A stretch of DNA of 64,000 nt, taken from NCBI GenBank assembly GCA_050330205.1, contig JBHJOA010000016.1, forward strand, positions 21,637-85,636, in the 5' to 3' direction. Both the position numbers and the translations under genes were made by a program. The notes beneath the pieces are model-generated. The model was not told the DNA's origin, ran no database searches, and saw nothing but the letters and a program-made list of their open reading frames with translations. Shown here one piece after another: positions 35,114-42,317 of the stretch (positions within the stretch are counted from its first letter, which is position 1; every line of letters starts with the position of its first letter). Source of the DNA: Kiloniellaceae bacterium (GTDB taxonomy: Bacteria > Pseudomonadota > Alphaproteobacteria > Kiloniellales > Kiloniellaceae).

Positions 35114-36246
35114 GCCGCAAACTCCTTCCGCAGGGCCGCCCCATGCTGGTCCACCGCCGGCACCGCGCCAAGCGCGATGTCGCCGCCGCGGAACTCCACC
35201 GGCGGCGCCACCAGTTCGACCGGGCCTGTCGGCGTCGCGACAGTGACGCGGCGTAGTTGCGGATGGGCGGAGAGATCCGCCGGGGTATTCACCGCCCCAT
35301 AGGCGATGGCGGCCTCGAAGAACCGCCGGGTCAGCGTCTCGCGGTCGAGCGCGCCAAAGACTTCGTCGATGATGGCATCGAGCGCCGGGCGGTTGTCGAC
35401 CCGTGCGGTGTTGTCGGCAAACCGCGGGTCGGCGAGCATCTCCGGCCGCCTCAGCACCTCTTCCACGAGGCGCTTCCACTCGCGCTCGTTCTGTATCGAG
35501 AACACCACCTCTTCACCGCCCCTGCAGGCGTAGACGCCATAGGGCGCGATGGAGGGATGGTTGAGGCCGACGCGCGGCGGTGCGCCGGGGCCGTAGTCCT
35601 GGTGCAGCAGGGGTACGGTCATCCAGTCGGCCATGCCACTGAAGAGGGAAGTGGCGAGCGCCGAGCCCTCGCCCGTGCGTTCGCGCAGCAGCAGGGCCTC
35701 GAGGATCGCCTGGTAGGCATACATGCCGCAGGCGATGTCGCAGACCGAGACGCCGACGCGGCCCGGCCCCTCCGGCCGCCCGGTGATCGAGGCGAGGCCG
35801 CTTTCCGCCTGCACCAGCAGGTCGTAGGCCTTCATCTTCGCGTAGGGACCGGTTTCTCCGTAGCCGGAGATGTCGCAGGTTATGAGCCGGGGGTACGCGG
35901 CGCGCAGGCCTTCGTGGCCGAGCCCGAGGCGCCCGGCCGCGCCCGGCGCGAGATTCTGGATGAAGACGTCGGCCGCGGCGACCATGCGCTTCGCCAGCGC
36001 CAGGTCGCCGGCCTGCTTGAGGTCGACGGCGATGGATTCCTTGCCGCGGTTGAGCCACACGAAGTAGGCACTTTCGCCGTGAACCACGCGGTCGTAGCCG
36101 CGCGCGAAATCGCCTTCCGGGCGCTCCAGCTTGATGACCCGCGCGCCGGCGTCGGCCAGCCGGGAGGTGCAGTAGGGCGAGGCGACCGCCTGCTCCAGGC
36201 TGACGACCAGCAGGCCATCCAATGGCTTCGCTTGTGGTTTGGTCAT
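35110..36246 (-). CDS. family III CoA-transferase (CaiB/BaiF)
   Basis: 378 aa. LLVVSLEQAVASPYCTSRLADAGARVIKLERPEGD and GRLGLG, typical of CaiB/BaiF. Confidence 0.9.
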   Translation of the reverse strand: MTKPQAKPLDGLLVVSLEQAVASPYCTSRLADAGARVIKLERPEGDFARGYDRVVHGESAYFVWLNRGKESIAVDLKQAGDLALAKRMVAAADVFIQNLAPGAAGRLGLGHEGLRAAYPRLITCDISGYGETGPYAKMKAYDLLVQAESGLASITGRPEGPGRVGVSVCDIACGMYAYQAILEALLLRERTGEGSALATSLFSGMADWMTVPLLHQDYGPGAPPRVGLNHPSIAPYGVYACRGGEEVVFSIQNEREWKRLVEEVLRRPEMLADPRFADNTARVDNRPALDAIIDEVFGALDRETLTRRFFEAAIAYGAVNTPADLSAHPQLRRVTVATPTGPVELVAPPVEFRGGDIALGAVPAVDQHGAALRKEFAA

Positions 36247-36881
36247 TCCGCCTCAAGACCGCAGGCGATTTGCACCGACTCCCGCTCCGCCACGCGCCGC
36301 CACCAGTCGGACAGGACGGGCTGCGCGGAAAGCAGATCCCGCCCCTCCCCGGCCTTCACGAAGTAGTCGACCATCGGCGCCGCCTGGATGTCGGCCCGGC
36401 TGAAGTCGGTGCCGGCCAAGAAGGGGCCGTCGTCGAGGATCTCCGCCAGGGCGGCGAGGCAACGCTCGGCCTTGGGCAGCGCCGCGGCGACGATGCTTTC
36501 ATCGGTCTCGCCGGTCTTGCCGCGCGACACCCGCTCGACATAGATGCCCCAGACCATGGGCCGGTAGCCCTGGCCGTCGAGCACCGAGATCGCCTGCTCC
36601 ATGCGGGCGCGCGCCTTCGGGTCATCGGGCTGCAGCGGCGGCCCGGCGAAAGCCTCGTCGACGTAGCGGGTAATGGCGCGCGTCTCGTAGAGGCGGAAGC
36701 CGTCGTGCTCGAAGGCCGGCGCCTGGCCGAAGGGCTGGCGCTGCAGCCAGTCCGCCGGCCAGTCGGCGCGGTTGAAGAGGTCGAACTCGACCTGCTCGAA
36801 ATCGACGCCCTTCTCGATCAGCGCGATCTTGGCGATGCGGACATAGACCGAATAGGAGGGACCGAAGAGTTGTGGTTTCAC
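36243..36881 (-). CDS. glutathione S-transferase
   Basis: 212 aa from GTG 36881 (GAGG SD 8 nt upstream). Thioredoxin-like N domain and helical C domain. Overlaps the downstream start by 4 nt. Confidence 0.82.
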   Translation of the reverse strand: MKPQLFGPSYSVYVRIAKIALIEKGVDFEQVEFDLFNRADWPADWLQRQPFGQAPAFEHDGFRLYETRAITRYVDEAFAGPPLQPDDPKARARMEQAISVLDGQGYRPMVWGIYVERVSRGKTGETDESIVAAALPKAERCLAALAEILDDGPFLAGTDFSRADIQAAPMVDYFVKAGEGRDLLSAQPVLSDWWRRVAERESVQIACGLEAE

Positions 36882-36891
36882 CGGATTCGCC

Positions 36892-38055
36892 TCAGTAGCT
36901 GCGCGGCATGCCGAGCACGTGCTCGGCCAGGAAAGCGAGGATGAGATTGGTGGAGATCGGCGCCACCTGGTAGAGCCGCGCCTCGCGGTACTTGCGCTCG
37001 ACATCGTATTCCTCGGCGAAGCCGAAACCGCCGTGGGTCTGCAGGCAGGCCTCGGCCGCCGCCCAGGAGGCCTCCGAGGCCAGCATCTTGGCCATATTGG
37101 CCTCCTTGCCGCAGCGCTGGCCCGCATCGAAGAGCGTGGCGGCGCGGTCGACCATCAGCGCCGCAGCCTCGCTCTGAGCGTAAGCGCGGGCGATGGGGAA
37201 TTGGATGCCCTGGTTCTGACCTATCGGCCGGCCGAAGACCTTGCGCTCGGTGGCATAGGAGCTGGCCTTGTCGATGAACCAGCGCGCGTCGCCGATGCAC
37301 TCGGCGGCGATGAGGATGCGCTCGGCGTTCATGCCGTCGAGGATGTAGCGGAAGCCCTTGCCTTCCTCGCCGATGAGATTCTCCGCCGGCACCTCGAGGT
37401 TGTCGAAGAAAACCTCCGTCGACGAGTGGTTCATCATGGCGCGGATCGGCTTGATGGTGACGCCCTTGCCGACCGCCTCGCGCAGGTCGACGATGAAGAC
37501 CGAAAGGCCGTCTCCCTTCTTCTTCACCTCGTCCTTCGGCGTGGTGCGCGCCAGGAGGAGCATGAGATCGCTGTGCTCGGCACGGCTGGTCCAGACCTTC
37601 TGGCCGTTGACGAGGTAGCGGTCGCCCTCGCGGCGGGCTGTGGTGGCGAGGCTCAGGGTGTCGGTGCCGCTGGTCGGCTCGGTGACGCCGAAGGCCTGCA
37701 GGCGCAGGCTGCCCTCGGCGATGCCCGGCAGGTAGCGCCGCTTCTGCGCCTCGCTGCCGTGCCGCAGCAGCGTCCCCATGGTGTACATCTGGGCGTGGCA
37801 GGCGGCGCCGTTGCAGCCCGACTTCTGGATCTCCTCGAGGATCGCGGCGCCGGCGGCCAGCGGCAGACCGCTGCCGCCGTAGTCCTCCGGGATCAGCGCG
37901 GCCAGGTAGCCGGCTGCGGTCAACTCCTTGACGAAGGCCTCGGGATAGGCCCGCCGGGTGTCGAGGTCGCGCCAGTAAGCGCCGGGATAGCCGGCGCAGA
38001 GGGCGCGGACCCCCTCGCGGATCTCTGGAAAGCTCTCGGACGGTTCAGCGGTCAT
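36892..38055 (-). CDS. acyl-CoA dehydrogenase (IVD/LCAD-type catalytic base position)
   Basis: 387 aa from ATG 38055. ACAD N, M and C domains. Helix-G motif MNAERILIA carries Glu at the isovaleryl-CoA dehydrogenase position. The C-terminal position reads LYQVAPIS instead of IYEGT. Confidence 0.88.
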   Translation of the reverse strand: MTAEPSESFPEIREGVRALCAGYPGAYWRDLDTRRAYPEAFVKELTAAGYLAALIPEDYGGSGLPLAAGAAILEEIQKSGCNGAACHAQMYTMGTLLRHGSEAQKRRYLPGIAEGSLRLQAFGVTEPTSGTDTLSLATTARREGDRYLVNGQKVWTSRAEHSDLMLLLARTTPKDEVKKKGDGLSVFIVDLREAVGKGVTIKPIRAMMNHSSTEVFFDNLEVPAENLIGEEGKGFRYILDGMNAERILIAAECIGDARWFIDKASSYATERKVFGRPIGQNQGIQFPIARAYAQSEAAALMVDRAATLFDAGQRCGKEANMAKMLASEASWAAAEACLQTHGGFGFAEEYDVERKYREARLYQVAPISTNLILAFLAEHVLGMPRSY

Positions 38056-38086
38056 GGGCTCAGCGACTTTGAGTGGGGGCGCCAGC

Positions 38087-38590
38087 CTACCCAATTGTCG
38101 ACAATTCGCAAGGCGCCCCTCGGGGTAATTCTATTCTGCCCCGAGAGGCAGCTTCCGTTGCAGCGAGCTCCCGCTGCAGAAGGCGTGCGGCCTGCGCCAG
38201 TTCGGCCTCGGAAGCGCCGCCGCCGTTCGTGGCGCCGCGGCGCCGTGCGGTGACGTCGCCGGCCGACAGCAGGGGCACCACCTCGACCTGGGCATGAGGC
38301 TCACCGCCGGCCGGGAACAGGAACCCGACCCGCTCTGCCTTGAAGACAGCCCTCTGAGCCTCGGCAAGCCGCTGGCCCAGGTGCAACAACTCACTCGCCA
38401 GGGACGGCGGCAGGGCATTGAAGTGCGGATAGTGATCACGCGGGACGATCCGCAGGTGGCCCGGGCGGATCGGGTCGGCATCGAGAAAGGCGACGAATCG
38501 TACCGTCTCGTGGACGACATGGGCAGGAAACGCGCCGGCGGCGACCGCGCAGGACAGGCAGTCGCCGTGAACAGAGGGATCTTGGGTCAT
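38087..38590 (-). CDS. HIT-family protein with degenerate histidine triad
   Basis: 167 aa from ATG 38590 (GGAG SD). HIT hallmarks C-x-x-C (CLSC), FLDADPIRPGHLRIVPRDH. The triad position reads H-A-Q-V-E-V-V-P instead of H-x-H-x-H-x-x. Confidence 0.72.
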   Translation of the reverse strand: MTQDPSVHGDCLSCAVAAGAFPAHVVHETVRFVAFLDADPIRPGHLRIVPRDHYPHFNALPPSLASELLHLGQRLAEAQRAVFKAERVGFLFPAGGEPHAQVEVVPLLSAGDVTARRRGATNGGGASEAELAQAARLLQRELAATEAASRGRIELPRGAPCELSTIG

Positions 38591-38860
38591 GAGCTTCGGC
38601 TCCGGAATGCGGATTGGGAAAAACAGAAACACCCCGGCCGGTCCCGGCGGGGTGTCCGCAACTCCGAAGAGCATCCTGGAAGATGGGCGCAGGCGCCCGT
38701 TACCCCGCGTTACCGAAAACGGCCGGGGTGGGGCATTCGCAAGAAGGTGCCAAAGCGCTTGTCCATGGGGCGCAACCATAGCGGCGAATCGGCACTTAGG
38801 GAAGCCCGTCAGGATGCTGGCAGCTACCGGTGCCCACCCCCTGGCGAAAGGTCGCCGCCG
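38591..38860 (-). promoter_or_regulatory. structured 5' leader (candidate riboswitch or attenuator) of the HIT-ACAD-GST-CoA-transferase-hydratase operon
   Basis: 9-bp long-range helix (38818-38810 with 38678-38670). 11-nt perfect antiterminator complementarity (38730-38720 with 38640-38630). Local sequestering hairpin (38729-38724 with 38707-38702). Terminator ends 25 nt before the ATG. Confidence 0.55.
38616..38655 (-). terminator. intrinsic terminator inside the leader, immediately upstream of the HIT start codon
   Basis: Minus strand ACACCCCGCCGG-GA-CCGGCCGGGGTGT (about 10 bp, one bulge) followed by TTCTGTTTTTCCC. Confidence 0.75.
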
Positions 38861-38880
38861 GGGCCTAGAATGCGCCAGCC

Positions 38881-39585
38881 ATGACCCTTGCCGAGACCGA
38901 AGCCCCCCTCCTGAAGCATAGCGACGTGCTGCGCCGCCACCTGCCGCTCGAAGGCGCCAGGATCGCCGACGTCGGCTGCGGCGACGGCGCGCTGGTGCGC
39001 GTCATGGCGCGCGGTGGGGCCTGGGTCCTCGGGATCGATCCCGGCGCCGGGCAGCTCGCCCGCGCCCGCGCCGCCGAACCGGCGCGCGACGAAAGCTACC
39101 TCTGCGCCCTGGGGGAGGCGCTGCCGCTGCCGGACGGCTGCCTCGATGCCCTGGTCTACTTCAATGCCCTGCACCATGTGCCGATCACCCAGCAGGACGC
39201 CGCCCTGGCCGAGGCCGCCCGCGTGCTGCGCCCCGGCGGCCTGCTTTATGTGCAGGAACCCCTGGCCGAAGGCGGCTACTTCGAGATCATGCGGCCGATC
39301 GAGGACGAAACCGAGGTGCGTGCCGAGGCCTACAAAGCCTTGAAGACCGCGGCGGCCGGTGGCGCACTGGAGGAGGTCGAAGAATCCTTCTACCGCGCCC
39401 CCTTCCGGGTGAAGAGCGCCGAGGCCTTCCTCGACGGCCTGATCGCCGTCGATCCTGCCCGCCGTTCCGCGGTGGAGGCGGCGGAAGCGTCGTTGCGGCG
39501 GGGCTTTCTGGCGGCAGCGGAACAGCGCGACGACGGATTCTGGTTCGAGATACCCTCCAGGCTCAACCTGCTGCGGCGAATGTAA
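38881..39585 (+). CDS. class I SAM-dependent methyltransferase (Methyltransf_11-like)
   Basis: 234 aa. Motif I IADVGCGDGAL. Post-I acidic residue GID. LDALVYFNALHHV. Confidence 0.85.
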   Translation: MTLAETEAPLLKHSDVLRRHLPLEGARIADVGCGDGALVRVMARGGAWVLGIDPGAGQLARARAAEPARDESYLCALGEALPLPDGCLDALVYFNALHHVPITQQDAALAEAARVLRPGGLLYVQEPLAEGGYFEIMRPIEDETEVRAEAYKALKTAAAGGALEEVEESFYRAPFRVKSAEAFLDGLIAVDPARRSAVEAAEASLRRGFLAAAEQRDDGFWFEIPSRLNLLRRM

Positions 39586-39935
39586 TGGCGATCCGCTACC
39601 TCTCCGAACACGATTCCCCCGACGATCCCGGTGGCCTCATCCGCGAGGTTCTGGAAATGGGCGAGGATTTCCCCGGTCCGGCCGAGGATGTGGTGCTGGC
39701 CTGGATCCTGCGCCTTGGCCAGGACCGCGACCCCGGCCAGGCCGCCAAGCGCCTGATCGCCGACTACCGGCTGGAGGAGGGCCCTCAGCCCGGGGGCGCT
39801 TGCGGGCGCCTCATCGCCATGATCAAGGAGACCGCTGACTACCCCGCCCAGCGCATGACCCGCCACCTCTGCCAACCACGCCGGCGCGGCGGCTGGCGCC
39901 GCAACCGGCCCGGAGATTCGTCGCCGGAATCATGA
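39585..39935 (+). CDS. hypothetical protein (116 aa)
   Basis: High GC3 throughout. Translationally coupled on both sides (TAATG with the methyltransferase, ATGA with the YcaQ-like gene). I recognise no motif. Confidence 0.6.
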   Translation: MAIRYLSEHDSPDDPGGLIREVLEMGEDFPGPAEDVVLAWILRLGQDRDPGQAAKRLIADYRLEEGPQPGGACGRLIAMIKETADYPAQRMTRHLCQPRRRGGWRRNRPGDSSPES

Positions 39936-41146
39936 GTTCACCCCGCGTCATCGACAACCGCTCGGCCCGGCGGCTCTTCCTGCAGCGCCAGGGTCTTTCT
40001 TTCCCGCCGCACCGCAAGCTGAGCGACCGGGACCTGCTGGATCTCATCGATCATCTCGGCTTCGTGCAGCTGGACTCGATCCAGACGGTGGAGCGTGCCC
40101 ACCATATGATCCTCTTCGCGCGCAACCAGACCTATCGCCCCAAGCAGCTGGCCCGCCTGCACGAGAGCGAGGCGGCGCTGTTCGAGAACTGGACCCACGA
40201 CGCCTCGATCATCCCCAGCCGCTTCTTTCCCTACTGGAAGCAGCGCTTCGCCCGCGAGGAAGCGCGGCTGCGGGCGCGCTGGCGGAATTGGCACGGCGAG
40301 GGCTTCGAGGCCGAGATCGAGACCGTCCGCCGGCACATCGCCGAGAACGGCCGCGTACTGGCGCGGGAAATCGGCAACGACGATGCCGACAACCCCAAGA
40401 CCAACGGCGGCTGGTGGGACTGGCACCCTTCGAAGACGGCGCTGGAATTCCTGTGGCGCTGCGGACACCTGGCCGTGGCCGCGCGCGACGGCTTCCAGAA
40501 GGTCTACGACCTCACCGAGCGGACCCTACCGCACGAACACCTCGCGTCCGAGCCCGGCGAGGCCGAGACGGTCGACTGGGCCTGCCGCGCGGCGCTCGAG
40601 CGCCTGGGCGTCGCCACCTCCGGCGAGATCGCCGCCTTCTGGGGCCTGGTGACGCCCGAGGAAGCCAAGGCCTGGTGCCGCGCGCGCAAGGGCGACGAAC
40701 TGGAAGAGGTATGCGTCGAGGGCGCGGAGGGCAGCAAGCCGCGCGCGGCCTTTGTCTTCGCCGACCGCGATCCCTGCCGCGATCTGCCCGAGCCGCCGAA
40801 ACGCCTGCGCGTGCTCAGCCCCTTCGATCCGCTGATCCGTGACCGCAAGCGCAGCGAGCGTCTCTTCGGCTTCCACTACCGCATCGAGGTCTTCGTGCCG
40901 GCGGCGAAGCGCAAGTACGGCTACTACGTCTTCCCGCTGCTGGAGGGCGACCGCCTGATCGGCCGCCTCGACATGAAGCACGCGCGCGATAGCGGCGACC
41001 TCCGGGTGAACGGACTCTGGCTGGAGCCCAAGGTAAAGCTGTCGCGCGCGCGGCGAGACCGTCTCGAAGCGGAACTGGAAAGGCAGCGCCGATTCACCGG
41101 CGCCGCGCGCGTCGTCTTCCAGAACGGCTGGGTGAAAGCGGGCTGA
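39932..41146 (+). CDS. winged-helix DUF1006 / YcaQ (AlkZ-like DNA glycosylase) family protein
   Basis: 404 aa. LGFVQLDSIQTVERAHHMILFAR, WTHDASI, YGYYVFPLL..RLIGRLD, typical of the YcaQ family. Confidence 0.83.
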   Translation: MSSPRVIDNRSARRLFLQRQGLSFPPHRKLSDRDLLDLIDHLGFVQLDSIQTVERAHHMILFARNQTYRPKQLARLHESEAALFENWTHDASIIPSRFFPYWKQRFAREEARLRARWRNWHGEGFEAEIETVRRHIAENGRVLAREIGNDDADNPKTNGGWWDWHPSKTALEFLWRCGHLAVAARDGFQKVYDLTERTLPHEHLASEPGEAETVDWACRAALERLGVATSGEIAAFWGLVTPEEAKAWCRARKGDELEEVCVEGAEGSKPRAAFVFADRDPCRDLPEPPKRLRVLSPFDPLIRDRKRSERLFGFHYRIEVFVPAAKRKYGYYVFPLLEGDRLIGRLDMKHARDSGDLRVNGLWLEPKVKLSRARRDRLEAELERQRRFTGAARVVFQNGWVKAG

Positions 41147-41161
41147 CCCGGCGGCCGGCGG

Positions 41162-41812
41162 TCATGCCGCCCGCCGCCCGTGCTTCATCATGGTGCGCAC
41201 CAGGCTGTAGAGAACCACGGCGTTCAGCAGGTGCCAGAGGAAATGGGTGCCGTAGGGCAGCACCGCGCAGAGCGGTTCGTCGGCCGTACGGAACGCCAGG
41301 GAAAGGGCGAAAATGCCGGCGGCGACGAGAATGCGCGGTCCGGCCGGATGCCGGCGGCCGAAATGGAGGAAGCCGCCGACGCCCAGCATGATCGTCAGGG
41401 CCACCCCGTAGGTGGAGACCGAGAAACCGAAGAGAAGCGGCATCGCCACCGTCAGCAGCAGCACTATCGCTACACCCGCGAGGCAGATCCAGAGCGGCAG
41501 CGCGACGAATCGCCTCAGCGCCAGGTAAATGTAGAGCAGGATAAAGAGGGCGATGGGGATGACGTCGGCCAGCGCGGCCCAGACCTGTGCGAAGGTATGG
41601 AACAGGCCGCTGCCGATGCCGATGGCGAAGACCAGGGCCACCAGCCCCAGGATCGCCGGGTCGCGCCGCAGCACCGCATCCTCGCGGCGCAACGCGGCGA
41701 CCAGCAGCAGCCCGGCGACGATGAAGGCGAGGTTGGTGACCGCGTTGACCGGCTCCGCCCAGAACTCCGGCCCCACCCGCTCGCAGTAGATATCGATGTA
41801 GTCTGCTTCCAT
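41162..41812 (-). CDS. ceramidase-like integral membrane protein
   Basis: 216 aa from ATG 41812. About 6-7 TM helices. N-terminus YIDIYCERVGPEFWAEPVNAVTNLAF plus GSGLFH and HFLWH motifs resemble the alkaline-ceramidase-like family (from memory). Confidence 0.65.
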   Translation of the reverse strand: MEADYIDIYCERVGPEFWAEPVNAVTNLAFIVAGLLLVAALRREDAVLRRDPAILGLVALVFAIGIGSGLFHTFAQVWAALADVIPIALFILLYIYLALRRFVALPLWICLAGVAIVLLLTVAMPLLFGFSVSTYGVALTIMLGVGGFLHFGRRHPAGPRILVAAGIFALSLAFRTADEPLCAVLPYGTHFLWHLLNAVVLYSLVRTMMKHGRRAA

Positions 41813-41862
41813 TTCGTCCCGGAAATCACCGCCCGAAGGGAGTGCACTTCGCTCCGCACCCG

Positions 41863-42306
41863 TCAGTTCGCCGCAGTGAAGGCGTTCTCGATGTGCTGGA
41901 GAGCCTGGTAGACCGGAATGGTGAAGATGCCGGCCTGGCCGCGCTCGAAACTCAGCAGCCACAGCGCGTAGCCCTCTGAAATGTCGGGCATCTCGGCCTC
42001 TGACTCCAGCAGTTCGACGACGCTGGCCTCGATGGCCTCCCGGCTCAGCGGCATGTGGACCAGATGATCCTGCACACCGCCTTCGATCTTGGGGTTTCTC
42101 AGCTGCAGGCCGTCGATGTAGACGTGGTAGATCGCCCGCGAACCGAGACCACGGTCGATCCTGGCAAGATAGAGCCGCGAGGCCTCTTCGCCCGGCCGGG
42201 TCTGGTAGCGCCACACCTGGCCCGTCATGAGATCGATCGCCTGAGCCGGCGCGGAAGCCAACTGCAGCAGCATGAGGATGGCCACGATGGCGGTTTTGCT
42301 GGACAT
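41863..42306 (-). CDS. secreted hypothetical protein (147 aa)
   Basis: Signal peptide MSSKTAIVAILMLLQLASAPAQA. Lies 11 nt downstream of dgcA. No recognised motif. Confidence 0.6.
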   Translation of the reverse strand: MSSKTAIVAILMLLQLASAPAQAIDLMTGQVWRYQTRPGEEASRLYLARIDRGLGSRAIYHVYIDGLQLRNPKIEGGVQDHLVHMPLSREAIEASVVELLESEAEMPDISEGYALWLLSFERGQAGIFTIPVYQALQHIENAFTAAN

Positions 42307-42317
42307 GATGAAGGCTC

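Noticed and set aside
36892-38055. The second acyl-CoA dehydrogenase lacks the canonical C-terminal catalytic Glu (LYQVAPIS instead of IYEGT), which suggested a non-dehydrogenase such as a desulfinase-type ACAD homologue
   Set aside because: The helix-G segment reads MNAERILIA. This places a Glu at the position used by isovaleryl-CoA and long-chain acyl-CoA dehydrogenases (equivalent to MCAD Thr255), so a normal dehydrogenase mechanism with the alternative base position is the simpler reading.
34256-38055. A second cai-like carnitine locus, suggested by a CaiB-family transferase next to an ACAD
   Set aside because: The hydratase is a MaoC double-hotdog enzyme rather than a CaiD crotonase. 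There is no CaiC-type ligase or CaiT antiporter, and a genuine caiD sits in the other cluster. Family III transferases are too diverse to infer carnitine specificity.
38591-38779. 63-codon N-terminal extension of the HIT ORF (start at 38779)
   Set aside because: GC3 is only about 67% against well above 80% (by eye) in bona fide genes. The peptide is P/R/G-rich. The HIT fold starts at the downstream ATG, which has a GGAG SD. The segment also contains an intrinsic terminator with a U tract. I interpret it as a leader RNA instead.
38591-38880. Assignment of the structured leader to a known riboswitch class (cobalamin, TPP, SAM-II, glycine, FMN, guanidine-I/ykkC)
   Set aside because: I found no B12 box, no CUGAGA, and no other class-defining cores. 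The 5' CUAGGCCCCGGCGG loosely resembles the ykkC 5' end, but the spacing (over 200 nt) and the remaining conserved blocks do not fit. The class is left unassigned pending an Rfam search.
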